Below are positions 1 to 25,540 of a stretch of DNA of 64,000 nucleotides, piece after piece. This DNA is from Chrysomallon squamiferum (lineage: Eukaryota; Animalia; Mollusca): assembly GCA_012295275.1 (NCBI GenBank), contig CM022675.1:13330001-13394000 (forward strand), written 5' to 3'. The notes under the pieces are model-generated. The model ran no database searches, was not told where the DNA came from, and was given only the letters and a program-made list of their open reading frames with translations. How positions within the stretch are numbered: position 1 is the first letter of the stretch; every line of letters begins with the position of its first letter. The translations under genes and the position numbers were made by a program.

Positions 1-437
1 AAAGTAAGAAAAGAAAGGAAATAAATAAATAAATAAATAAATAAATAAAAATATAAATAGTGAAATAAAATTTAAATGATTTAAAAAGCAAGGAATAAAA
101 AAAAAGAAGAAAAGGAAAGATGCACACCTAAAAGATACACAGAAACGCAAACTAATTCGTGAGTTAATAAAAAAGAAAAAGAAAAAAGAAAAAGAAAACA
201 AACAAGAAAGAAAGAAAGAAATTAAAAAATGTCACGTCAGTAAATATGTCTTAAGGAGTGACAGTTTAAAAAATTTTACTTTTTATTTATTTTGAGTTTA
301 CTGTCGTAGTTCAAACAGTTTTTAACTGGTATAAAAGTCATTACAAATATTTATTTTATCTACCGCTTTGTCATGAAGTGCAAACACCCGAATCACGACA
401 GCTTAAGCACTGTTACCTGTACTGCCTTTTTACGAAA

Positions 438-521
<84 letters not shown>

Positions 522-1166
522 TATAACTTTAGATAACTGGTTACATACACGTCACAGAGCATTGAAATAATGTTATGATGACGTTATCAGCTGCTCCTGT
601 CTTAAAGATCATCAATTAAAGAGATTCGTAATCTTTCGTACTACTTCGTTAAATGCCGGAGGTATTTTTACTTATATGTTTTAAGGAGACATTCTAAAGA
701 AACAAAACCTTTATAATTATCGCAGTTGTAGTCTGTTTGAAGCTTGAAAAACGAAACATAAATTGAGAAAAAAAAAAAATTATTAATAATAAAATGCACT
801 ACTATTAGATACATGTTTTTTCCGAAGTGTACAAAATATAATAATGATAAAAACTTTTCATTATTATTTTTCTGAACTTCATTATCATTATAATCAGTTT
901 CATAAAAATATTTCTTCTTCCTCTTCAGTTTATTTATCTATGTCTGGTTTCGCTTTATTTAATAAATATGTTAAATTATTGTTAAACAACAACAACAACA
1001 ACAATAATAACAACAAAAATAATAATAACTATAATAACAATAACAGTAACAATAACAACAATAATAATGATAGTAGTAGTAATAATAATAATAGTAATAA
1101 TATTAACAATAATAATATAAATAATATTAACAACAACAGCAACTACAACAACAACATAAATACTAA

Positions 1167-1204
<38 letters not shown>

Positions 1205-1704
1205 ATAATAATAATAATAACAAAGGAAAAACTTTTTCTATCTTTTCTAACTTTTTGTTTGATTTTTATTTTATCCTCCTCGGTTCATTATTAAATATTA
1301 CCATCAAACTATTTCTTTTCTTTCTTTAAATTTAGTTAAATTATATTTTGTTTCATTTATTTATTTGGTAATAGTGGTAGTAGTACTAGTTATTGTAGTA
1401 GTAGTTGTTGTAGTAGTAGGAGGAGCTATGTTAATAATAATAATAATAGAAGTAGTAATTGTACTAGTAGTGGTGGTGGTGGTATTGGTAATAGTACCGT
1501 TAACAGTAGATTAATTATTTTGCTTTATTACTATTATTTTTCATAGATAATAATAACAACAACAACAATAATAATGATGATGATGATGATGATGATGATA
1601 ATATTAATAATAATAAGAAGAAGAAGAAAAAAAAACAGCCATCAACAGCAATAAAAAGAATGATAAACTAATGCGATTAAATTAAATTTATGGATTAGTC
1701 TTAC

Positions 1705-1771
1705 CTTTCACTACACACACCATCCCCAGCAGGACACATATCTGAAACAAATCCTTTCCAACGACGTTCAT
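1705..1771 (-). CDS. Probable first coding exon (signal peptide) of an unidentified secreted/membrane protein gene; remaining exons not found in 1-1704, so probably left of the window
   Basis: Minus strand reads ATG(1771) MNVVGKDLFQICVLLGMVCVVK, then a phase-1 G|GTAAGA donor at 1704. Hydrophobic core plus phase-1 junction is typical of signal-peptide exons. Family not recognisable. Confidence 0.55.
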
Positions 1772-4700
1772 GATGTCTGCAGCTGCGACATCGATATCAC
1801 AGCAACGGTAAGGAGAGTTAAGTGGTTAGCGTAAAACTTTTAATTTTCGCAGTGTAACTTGGTCCATGGACCTCTTCTTTCGTGTGTCCTGAACTGACTG
1901 AGAATACCAAGGGCAGTTTGAACATTTTAAAACTGTAACGGCATCCTCCTAATGAGCGCTTAGAAGCAGACGACACTGCGCCAATGACAGACATAGCCTG
2001 GTGTTTCTACAATGTTTCGCTTTTGACAGAGACGAGTAAGAGAGTTTATTTTTTTTTTGTAGACAGAAACGACCTGTTGTCTTAAATGAAAGGATGGATG
2101 ATTATGAATAAATACATGGTTATAAAAGAAAAAAAGAAATGAAATGAATTGATTTAATGAATAAACAAAGTAAAAAAACTGATTTTATTTATTTATTATA
2201 ATTTCTTTTTTTATTCATAATTATCAATTATTAAAACTTATTAATGTTTATTATTATCTTTATTATTACTATTGCTAATACTGCCATTACCAGTATTACT
2301 ATTTATTATCATTATCATCATCGTCATAAAACATTTTAATGTTATTATTATCATCATCATCATCAGATGAGCTACACAAGCAAGAAGGAATTAATAAAGA
2401 AACACGTAATAAGAAAGCAACTTACAGAAGGAATGAAGAAATATTTATTTTGCGAATTTTTAATTTTTAATTTTTGTATGACGCTGTTGTTCCTCTTTTT
2501 ATTTTTGTGACTGTTGTTTTTCCTGTTGCTGCTGCTGTTGTCACTAGTTAGACGGAATTAGCTGCCGCTTTTCGAAGTAACTACAAACAATATTTAACAT
2601 CCAGCAAGTAAACACATACCACGTACTTTGATATAATTGACATCAAACTAGCAGGTTCACTAAACAGATTTTAACCAGTGACTAATCATACTTCAGTCCT
2701 GTGTTGTAATCACTAATCAACTAATTCAGATTGAAGTGAGAGGAAAACAACGTTTCAAAAATATTTTTTAAATAAAATAAAATGACGTATGATGAAAGTG
2801 AAACTGAAAAGAAAGAAATACTTTCAGTGAGAAGAAAAACTGGTCTTGTTTGGTATTTGTGTTTCTGTTTTGTTTGTTTCTTTTTTCTTCTTCTTTTTAA
2901 TTTTATTTATTTATTTATTGTTATCAATTTATTTGTTATTAGTCTTTTTTTAATCAGAAGAAAATTGTTGGTGTTATTTTTTCTTTTCTTTTTTCTTTTT
3001 TTGTAGATATAAAAAAACAGAATTATATAATTCTTATTATCTTCATTAACTAACTCATTTCAATCCTAAATAAAATGTCCAGTTACAAAAGAAAATATAA
3101 AGGTAATTGTCTTTTTTTTTTTTCGAGAAATTATTTTTTAAAACAAAAAGAATTTTTGTATTCTGTATCTAAATGTTTTCTAAATATTTGAAAGAATTTC
3201 TATCCGTACGCATGATCAATACATTTGTTTCGGTTAATACCGAAATCACCCGAAGTAGGGCGTTTAATTACGAACAGTTTCGAAGTGCTACAATTTAAAT
3301 CAGGCTACATCGCTTATGTACATTTTGGGCATAACCAGTTTCTTTAGGCCATAGGCCATTATTTGTTTTTGTGGCGATCAGCGGAATTTCACGGCGATTT
3401 ATCGGCGTTCTCCGTATTTTGAACAAACACCCACGTTTACATGCCGATGTGTAACAACCCAACTTTGCTCTTTCGGCAAACAGACAACATGCAAATAATA
3501 CTGGCTTGGCGTTCGTTGAAATGTGAGAAAGTTTTGCGTCTGCTGTTATTAACGATGCAATTTGTTTGCGTTTTCAAAATGATGTAACTGAAGTATTCGC
3601 GCGTCTTCTGCATGTTCAGCTCACGTTCCAGTTACATTAAAAGAAAACAATATGTCATTCGTCGTTAATAATAATAATAATATTTTAAAAAAGGCTTAAA
3701 ATATTTTTATAAAATAATGATTAAATTCCTCCATGTTCTTTAGAGCATCATCTCTGTCGAAGGCAAATTTCTGGGTTTGTTTACCGTCACTGAATACACG
3801 TAGTTAGTTGTTTACAAATACTGTTCGAGATTGTCAATTTCCTGGCAATCTTTTGCTAATCTGGGCTTAAGATTTTGTCAGAAGTCAATGAAAATTTTGC
3901 TTTCCTGCAGTTTTTCGCAATGTTCTAACGAGAAATACGGTTTCAATGTTATCGGAACGTAACTAAATGAAAAGCAGACGTCTTAAAATATCGTTCATTA
4001 GTTGTTCCATTTTGTGATTTTTATTTCTTTCTTATTAATGTATTTCATTATTTATTAATCACCAATGGTAATAGTAATAATGGTAGAGGTCGTAGCTGCA
4101 ACAGCAGTTGTAGTAGTAGTATAATAATAATAGTAGTAGTAGTAGTAGTAGTAATACTACTTGTAGTAGTGGTAGTAGTAGTAGTTGTTGCAATGGTGGT
4201 AGTTGTAGTATGTTTTGATTTGTTTGCATACGTTGTTTTTAATATATCAAAAACTATCCATTTTGGTTATAACAAAGAATAGTTCTATAAGTTTAGAAGA
4301 TAATTAAATTAATCAGCTTAATTTCTATTAATTAACTGTATAATTATAAAAGTCTAAATTGTATTTAAAAGCAAAATTAATAATTAAAGAAAGAAGCAGA
4401 ATATATTTATTCCGTTTTCCTTCACTCTCAGTTTACTAGAAGTGGACGAGGCCTTCTTTATAAATGCTCGAGACAAAACGTCATATTTGTTTCTGCACCA
4501 GACAAAACGTCATGGGCTTGTCAATCGCGCGAACTGTACCCGATCGTCTGCTTTATGACACGTGAACTATGTTTCTCTTCGCATTCGCCTATTTTAATAA
4601 TATTTGTACAGTCGTCTGCAGTCTTTACATAGAACATTACCGAGGTCGATGCAATTACTGAACAATTCATCTTCTGTTTGCATTCATCTTTTCTCATAGA

Positions 4701-6031
4701 AATTACCCTTTTTTATTTCTTCTTCTTTTTTTTTTTTCTTTTTCTTTTCAGAAATAAACAGCTGGTTAAATCTCCATAATGGCATATGTAACATTTTTTT
4801 TTTTTTTTTTGCTTTTGTTTTTAATTCTATTTTTTAAAGTATAACGTCCTTTTTTACACTTTATTTAGTTTCGTAGAAATTTATTTCTGAGAAAACAAAA
4901 GACAAAAGTGAAATATGTGTGCATATGTTTCTGTATCTATCTGTATGCATGTTTTTGATCCCACTAACAACACTGCCACCATCACTATATTTAGTATTAT
5001 ACAGTTGTCCATCGAGCAGTGATTCTATTATTATTATTATTATTATTACTGTTATTGTTAGATAGTCAAACTTGTTGCAGCTGTACTTAATACAATTGTG
5101 GTGGTTTTATCATCATCATAATAATAACTATATCATAATGATAATCGTTGTCGAGGTTGCTATCGTGGCTGTCGTTGCTGTTTAACTGTCGCGTTGAACG
5201 TTTGTTATTCTCTGCTTAGATTATCTCTCTGTTTACAAACCTTTGTAGTGACCCTGAGACAAAAGTCTACTTAATTCGCATTTCCGCTTGTAGCGGTGGC
5301 CAAAACACGAGCCAATATTACCTCGCATCAACAGTTTGACAGAGAATACTATGTAACACGAATTCCATGGTGTTTGTCAAACTTAGATACAGAACAATGA
5401 AAACAGTAAGGAAGAAATGTAGAGAAAAGAAAAAAAAATACTCCGTTAGAGAGATAATCGAGGGAACTGACATCTTAAGAGAAAAATGACGTCAGAAATG
5501 AAACATTTGTTATTTTTTTTTTTTTTTTTACTTATATATTTCAGACACTAACATTTTTATGGGATCGGTAATACTCGTTGGTTATTTATTTATTTATTTA
5601 TTTATTTTTTAAATAAATACAGGTCTTCTTTGTTACTGTAGTATTATTTGGTTTAATGCATTTATATTTTTTACTACTAGTATTACTACTACTACTACTA
5701 CTACTATTACTACTACTACTACTACTACTACTACTATTACTACTACTGTTACTGTTAATAGAAATAACACAACTACTACTGTTAATATTATTTATCAAAG
5801 AATTTATTGTAAACTTTAGACTTATTTATTCCATAATGGATAACTAAATAAATTATTTAACTACAAATGCAGTTTTACTGTGCTCTGAATTAATGTAAAT
5901 ATATTAACAGTAGGGCTGCAGTATTATCATGTTGCAGTGACATGTTTAAAGTGGTTTTCAAAGCTGTGAGATAATCAATAGAGAGTTGTGTCCCTTGTTT
6001 TCTTCACCTAACTGTAAAACCAGAAAGACTT

Positions 6032-6045
6032 GTCGCTATAACGAC
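6032..6045 (+). promoter_or_regulatory. Candidate RFX X-box just upstream of the SPAG16 start codon
   Basis: GTCGCTATAACGAC is a near-palindromic match to the X-box consensus GTTGCCATGGCAAC. RFX control of ciliary genes is established; function of this site is inferred. Confidence 0.5.
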
Positions 6046-6058
6046 AACAACTAACAAA

Positions 6059-17707
<11,649 letters not shown>

Positions 17708-17740
17708 AAAACATTCACATATTTTATTTATATTCCATGT

Positions 17741-17746
17741 AATAAA
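17741..17746 (+). terminator. Candidate polyadenylation signal of SPAG16
   Basis: AATAAA 34 nt after the stop codon; a second copy at ~17801. Confidence 0.5.
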
Positions 17747-18390
17747 ATCTATGAACTATGAAAATAGTCCTGAAATGTTTATTTCTGGTAACTGAAGTGA
17801 AATAAAATTGTCTCTGATAAGAAAATGAAAATTTTAATCTACAAAATGTTTATTGTTTATAAAACAAAAAGAAGTATCCATCTGCAGGTCTGTCTCTTGT
17901 TTTCTATTTATTTGTCTCTAAGTCTGTTAGTCTGTCAGTTTATCTGTTTACACAAATTTAGATACATTTCTACAATCTATTTATTTATTTTTATGTCAGT
18001 TTGAATCTGTTTCTACATATAATTTAAACTATATGTCCATCTGTTCCTGACTATAAGTCTATGTGTTTGTGTGTCTGTCAGTCTGTTTTATGATTTACTA
18101 TAATTTATTTATTTATAAGTCTCTAAATAAATAATAGTAGATTCATTGAATTCTAACATTATTAGATTATATTAATATCAGTTGTCAAAATTTTGTAATT
18201 TATGTAATAAAAATATCCATAAAACACTAAGATTCTGCTCTGATTCGTGGCTTCCAATCTTTATTAAATTAATACTTTATATAAAGGATTTTACTATATT
18301 TGATTTTCACCAGTTCACATAAATCTGTTTTTAAAATAAAAATAAAACAGTTGTTTCTTTTAGATTTTTAATATTTTTCAGTGATATGTG

Positions 18391-18435
<45 letters not shown>

Positions 18436-18479
18436 AAAGTCAAAATTGTTCTTTATAGATTGAGAGAAAAAAAAAAAAA

Positions 18480-18735
18480 ATATTCACTATAGGAACAAGT
18501 GAAGTCATAATTTTTACTGCTAAAATATCACTGAAGATGCTAGGAACCAAAATTTGTTACTGTTATATTGATCAATGTATAAAAAGGAAAGTCAAAATTA
18601 TTACTGCTATATTGGCCACTATAGATAGAGTTAAAGTCAGAATTGTTGCTGCTAAAATGCCACTATAGATACTAGGATGTCAAACTTGTTACTGATATAT
18701 TGGTCTCTACAGATGTAGGGAAAGACATACTTGTG
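18480..18735. repeat. Degenerate ~58-bp tandem repeat
   Basis: Recurring gtcaaaattgttactgctatattggccactatagatag, about 4-5 copies. Confidence 0.55.
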
Positions 18736-20808
18736 AAGAAATTACTGAAGTTACCAATGAGTTAATATTTGTCTGACTAAATGTTGCTGCTTGAATCATA
18801 CATTACATTAATCCTTCAAGACTTAGATTTCTGGGTTAAAAACAAAAATTAATATATAAATGCTTCTGTAGTGTGTTCATGCCAGGTAATTAACAATTTC
18901 GTGTGCTCCCCTGTTTTTGGATGTTTGAAAGTTTCATCTGCAGAGCTGATTGGTTGATATTTTTAAGCAGGAATCCTGAGAATGGACAATTCCACACTCA
19001 CCTCAGTGTGGCATTTTGGTTGTGTATGGATTATTATGTAATGAAGTCTCAATTGGTTCAGTGGATGATTTGAAACTGGGAAGAGCACAAGACTGTCAGA
19101 GAATGCTAGAACACACAGACATACATCTATTCTACCTTTTTAAAGAGAAGACCAGAATAGAGTGGCACCTGTCACATATTAGTCTATCTTTCCAACAGAT
19201 ATAGGAAACCAGTAATTCCACACACATTTCAGTACATTTTCCAAGAACCTAAACAATATTAGTGGTGACTTTGATATAAACTGTTTATAACTGCAAGAAT
19301 GAAAATTATGTTTCAGCCCCGTATTCCTTTTGGTGCTACTTTGGCATGTGATCTACACCAAGCGAATTCTACTTTGGTATGTGATGCATGCGCTTATTTT
19401 AATTATTATTTTATTTATTCTTGGTTTTTTATTATTATTTTTCATGGCTTAAAAATAAAAAAAAGTTCCTTTTATTATATATTTATAATTTATAGGGCTA
19501 AAAGTATACAAATTTGAATAATTTTATCAACGAATTGAGTGAATACCTGCTAGAACCACATAAAAAAGATCTTCAACGTTTTCTCATCTGTAGCCTACAG
19601 AAATAAACAAGGTGGTTGAGTACAAGACTGTCAGATAATGCTAGAACACAGTGTCTTTGGTGCTTGACAGTAGAATGGCAGCAATCTACACCTTTCTTCC
19701 ATTTCCTATTCAAGCTAGGGGAAATCTGTTCTATTACTTTATCTGCCTGCTATAAACTAAAATTTCCAGTTCAAGGAATATAATTATCCTTTTGCATCAT
19801 ACTATCATCTTATAGAAATTTCCTACCTATATCTATTTTTTTTGTTGTTGTTGTAGATCACATACCAAAGTAGCATCTTCTTTGTAATGAAAATGAGATC
19901 TATGAAAGTAACAATTACATGAGAAGCAGTATTAGTAATAACAGCATAGTAGTACTAGTTCTACTACTATCACTACTAACGATGATGATGATGATGATGA
20001 TATTGGTAACTACAACAGCAATAATAACATAAAACAAAAGACAACTCATAATTAAAAATTTATTACCTAAAAATGTATTCATATAAGATATTCCTTGTTA
20101 TTATTTCATTTAAAAAAGAAAATAAAAAAAAAATAAAAAAATAAATAATAATAATAATAATAATAATAAAAAACAAAATTGACAATAAAGTGAGTATCTG
20201 GTAAAGTTTGGTCCCATCATGAAATTGAAAATATTTATCACAAATTTTTATTTTACAAATTTGGATGAGACAAAATAATAATTAAAAAAAAAAAAAAAAA
20301 AACATACAAAAAACAACAATATAACTCATTTCATACCATATCATGGTTTAAATCAATGTTTCTGAATCTGAATTTCTTTCACTTTTGAGCACTTATCACA
20401 AACTCTCATTTAGCTGTCATTTAATTTCTTTATGTTTTTGGGTTGTTGCTTTTTAGCTTGTTTTTTTTTTAATTTTTAATTTTTATTTTGTCTCATTTTA
20501 TTCACCTATGAATGAAATAACCTAGACAAGAAATAAAATAATAAAAATAAATTTAAAATGTTCTGTATTTAATTTATTTATTTATTTATTGACTTACTTA
20601 ACTTACTTACTTACTTTCTCACTTACATATTTATTTATTTACGTTAAAATAAAAAAACATATTGATTTTACTTTTTATATTTACCAAAACTTTTCAAACC
20701 CAACCCTGGCATTAATAAATTCTTTTTAACATGAAATTTAAAGCTGAAATATTTTCAGAACAATTTGTTTATACAAAAAGCATAGATTAATAAACTGCTT
20801 CTATTTTC

Positions 20809-20840
<32 letters not shown>

Positions 20841-21290
20841 TTAAAAAAAAAGAATGTCCAGATTTATGAAGCTTAACTGTTTCTTTTAAAATGCAAAGCT
20901 TTGTAAACTAATTTAGTTATGAGTAAGAATAAAGAAAACAGTATTCAGAAATTTTCAAGCATTAGCAATATGTAGAAATTTAATATTATTATTTATTTAC
21001 ATTTTACTTTCTATATTTTTTTTTTTTTTTTTTTTTTTTGTTAATTATGCTTTTGATTTAAAAGAATTCTGTTTTTGACACACAAAACTGTAAACAGAAT
21101 TTTTTTTTTAAAAATCCCCAAAACACAAAAATAATAGGTGTTAGAAAAATACATTTTTAATATGAACACATAACTAGTGGGTTTAATTTTAGAAAAAAGA
21201 AAAGAAAATGAAAATAATAACTAATTATTAAATTAATGAAATAAAAATCTAAATATTTAAAGAAAAAGATAATAAACAATTTTGCAATGA

Positions 21291-21338
21291 TTACTATTTT
21301 ATTAATATATATATATATATATATTAATAAAATAGTAA
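21291..21338. repeat. Perfect 48-bp AT-rich palindrome centred on (TA)n
   Basis: ttactattttattaatatatatat|atatatatattaataaaatagtaa is its own reverse complement. Confidence 0.9.
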
Positions 21339-21420
21339 CATATAAAATTGTAACGTGTTTTATTATTTAAATAACAAAATTAACTTGTTTTTTCCTTTTA
21401 ACAAAAAGCAAAGCAATTAT

Positions 21421-21453
<33 letters not shown>

Positions 21454-22494
21454 GTAAACAACAAATCAATGAAGAAAGAAATAAAATATTTCATGTAACA
21501 AAAAGAAATTATTAAAGTTAAAAAAAAAAAAAAAAAAATTATCAGCACTCTAATTATAAAAATATTAAAACCAATCTGTGTTTATTTTATAGCACACACA
21601 AAAACATATAATAAAATACATTTGATTAATTTTCATCAACATTTCCATGGCAGTCTTAGCTATAAATAAATAAAAATATGATTTTATTTACACAAATCTG
21701 GGTAGGTGACACAATCATGAAAAGTTTCTTTTTTTTTTTTCTTTTAATAATAATAATACTAATAATAATTATAATAATAAATATTTATTGTTTTCTAGGT
21801 AACAGGAATTTAGAAGAAAGAATGGCTGCCAAAAAATAGACTGGTTCGATATTTTACTTGTTCTAAAATAACCAGTCTACTAACATGGCTGCCAATTTGC
21901 ATACATATAAAGGAACAGATTTTATCAGTAACTACATGAACACTTTTACTATGCTGAAAATCCTATTTTGCCAGTATTATTCAAACAACATTTTTTTTTT
22001 TTTTTTTTTTTTTTTTTTGTATATATAAATCAGTTTGTGGGGTTTTTTTAAATTTTATTTTAAAATTTTATTTTATTTATTATAGTTTCCAACATATTGA
22101 ATTTCCATTTTTCATAGCAAGTGGACATCTTAAAAAATATCTATAGATGATCTTTCCTAAATTTAAAACAGAAGAAACATCAATAAATTTTCCAAAATAA
22201 ATGTAAACATTTCTTATTATGGAAATTTTGGAAATATTAAGCTGCAAGTGGAATGAATTAAGCTAATTTGGAATAGGAAATATTTAAAAAAAAAATTGTT
22301 ATGGTTACATTGGTCCCAAAACCATAATCAACAATATGCAGGCTGACTCAAAATCCCAGGAATTATAGGAAAATATAAATGTATTTTGCTACAATTTTTG
22401 ATTTTGCACAACATCCTGCATTTAAAAATGTAAAATAGAAAAATAGAAAAATGAGATTTTCAGTGCACAAAATTTTTAACAAGGAAAAATATTT

Positions 22495-22925
22495 ATAATT
22501 CACATTATAATGTTACAAATATTTGTAATTTGCTACACTAACAGTTACAAATACTTGTAATTCAAATTTCAACAGTTACAAATATTTGCAGTTATTTGTT
22601 GTTAAAATGTTGTTACAAACATTTGTAATTACATTTTATCATTACAAACATTTGTAGTTCACATTTTTACTACTACAAACATGTGTAGTTAACTTTTAAA
22701 CAGTTACAAATATTTGCAGTTAACATTTTAACAGTAACAAATGTTTGAAGTTCACATTTCAACACATCCACCAACATTTGTAATCACATTTTAAGTTACA
22801 AACATTTGTAGCCATATTTTAAGTTATGAGCTTTTGTAGTTCCACTTTAACAGTTACAAGCATTTGTAGTCACATTTTAACCACAAGCAACTGTAGTAGT
22901 ACAATATTATAAGTTACAAATATTC
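22495..22925. repeat. Degenerate ~31-bp tandem repeat with palindromic core
   Basis: Roughly 13 copies of cagttacaaatatttgtaattcacattttaa; the core ttacaaatatttgtaa is self-complementary. Confidence 0.75.
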
Positions 22926-24162
22926 ATAAAATTTTTTATTTGTTTTAACTTATCGTGGAATTGTTTTCTTTTATTATAATGAAATAAACTCTTCCTTATT
23001 TGAAAAAAGAGAGAAAAACATGAAAATAGTGCCAATTTGATCTAAAATATGAGACAGATAATAAACATAATTTCATATTTTAGCACAAAAGCAAATAGTA
23101 ATTGTATTAGTAGTTAATAATAGTAATAATAATAATAATAACAAATACATTAAAATTAAAACAAACGAAAAGATGTAAGAAGAAACAAATTATTTTCATT
23201 ATTAAAAATATTTATATAAGTATCTTTTAAGTACAGATGCAAAAGACTGGTTCAAAGCTTAGTAATTTACAACAACAAAATAATAAGAAAAAAAAAGTAC
23301 AAACAAAAACAAAACCTGAATGAAAAAAAATCCCAGTCATATGAAATGGCTGCCAATTTCACTGCCAAAATGTATTTATTTTATTTCTATTTAAGTAAAA
23401 CTGTTTATATTGTTTAGCTTTTAAATGCTATATACAGAAGGCAGCTTGAAAGTAATACACCATAAAACAAGTAATTTATATTCATCTGTGTGTAATTTCC
23501 TCCTTAAAAAAGAGAGAACACATTAATGGAAAATACACGTATAATTAGGACATTCTCACTAACATGTATTATTCTGTTTTCAGGAATGGTGCATAGGAAG
23601 TAAATATATTTAATGTGTTGTGCATAACAATGATTTAATGACACAAAAAATGCTTTACAAAAATATTTTTTTTCTTTTTTTTTTTAAATTTAAAAACAAA
23701 ATATCAAATACTTTGTGGCAGTTTTTGTCTTCGTCAGTACAATACTGGTTGTATTTAAATTTGTATTTGAAAAATGAAATGGTTGAAAGAGATCAGTTTT
23801 CTGATTTTGTTCATGACTATTCATGCTGCCAAATAATTAATATGCATAATGAATAATTAAATTACAAATTTATGAAGATGAATAGCTACTGACATTTTAT
23901 CTTTTCTTTTTCTTGGTTTCTTTGGGGTTTTTAACTACAATGTCAAATTATGCATGTTGATAAATATGGAATGAATTGGCAGTGTTTTTCTGTTTGTTTG
24001 TTTTCTGTATTATTATTCTAAGAAATTTTAATATGCTAGAAAAAAATTAAGAATGAAAAATAAGATCTATTTTTTGAAAATGTACTAATATGGTAAACAA
24101 TTATTTATTTTATTTTATTTTTATTTTTTTTTGAATTACTATTTTTAAACTGTAAAGAAAGA

Positions 24163-24202
<40 letters not shown>

Positions 24203-24832
24203 TAAAAATCAGCATACGTAAATGTCCTACAAAATTATTAAGATAATACTATTTTCTTGACATTAGTCAGAATAGTAATTCTAAAGTATTACCCAGTATT
24301 GTATTATGAGAGCATTGATTATGAAAGTATTATTTACACTGACTGACCATCCTCAAACACTTTCAACCACATGCTGGCAGTCTGCAATTTAACACAACAG
24401 TGAATGCAACCATATACAAATATTTATAGAAGCATTTGGTTATTTTCTATATATAGAACATCTACATAGCATGTTGTTTATACACATATATATACACACT
24501 TAGTATTATTAGAAATACAAAATGTTTAAAAAAAAATTAAAAATTTTACCTTTATTTTGGTTATTAACAGAAGTAAAAATAATATTTACATTATCAGAAT
24601 TTTACAGATTTTGTTTTGTAAAAATAAAGTCTAGGGCAGTGCTTTTTTTTTTTTTTTTGTAGACAGTTAGAATTACATCACAGGTTACTTCCCTTTCATC
24701 TTCTTCTTTTTAATACTTAAAAATGACAGGAGACAATGTCCATATTGAGCTAATAATAATAATAATAATAAATTTAAAAAAATGTAAAATGAAAAAAAAA
24801 AATTCTGTAATCCCTCCATCCACTCCCTGACA

Positions 24833-24863
<31 letters not shown>

Positions 24864-25411
24864 GAATTGGAATGCCATGATTTGCAAAATGCCTGTTTAG
24901 ACAAGACCAATGTCAGGCAATGTCAGGCAAATTTGTGGATTCCACAGAGCCAAAAATATCTTTGTTTTACTTCAGATGTTTCTGTTTGGTAGAAACAAAT
25001 GGACTAAATACATTTGTTTCTAAATTATTTCTTTTTCTTTCACAATGATTCAGTTATTTACAGAAAAATCTTAAAATCTAATGTTACAATAATAAAAAGT
25101 TCTAATAATAACAAAGTAAATAATAATAAAAAAATAATAATAATAATATTCTGAAGCTATGCATACTGGCCATCAGAAAAAAAAATTAAAACTCAAAATT
25201 AAAACAATAGCAAAAATAATTTTTTTTTTTTTTTTTTTTTTTTAATATGTTACAAAATACTTATGGACACATTCTGATAATAATTTTTTTTTTTTTTTTT
25301 TTCAACATGTAACAGAACACCAAATGCTGCCTTCATTAAACAGATTAACAATTTCAAAGAATGCAACCATCCAATTCAAACATAACTTTAGTTAACAATA
25401 AACAATAACTT

Positions 25412-25540
25412 TAGGCACCATTTCACACAATATTAACTAAACGGTTTAGTCACCATCTCACACAATATTAACTAAACGGTTTAGTCACCAATTCACACAA
25501 TATTAACTAAACGGTTTAGTCGCCATCTCACACAATCTAA
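25412..25540. repeat. ~35-bp tandem repeat (3.5 near-perfect copies) with a degenerate tail to ~26130
   Basis: caccatctcacacaatattaactaaacggtttagt repeated; aggcacaa-type remnants continue downstream. Confidence 0.85.

Noticed and set aside
19081-19652. ~35-bp direct repeat (acaagactgtcagagaatgctagaacaca at ~19087 and ~19622) as possible LTRs
   Set aside because: Too short, without TG..CA ends, primer-binding site or internal ORF; likely a local duplication.
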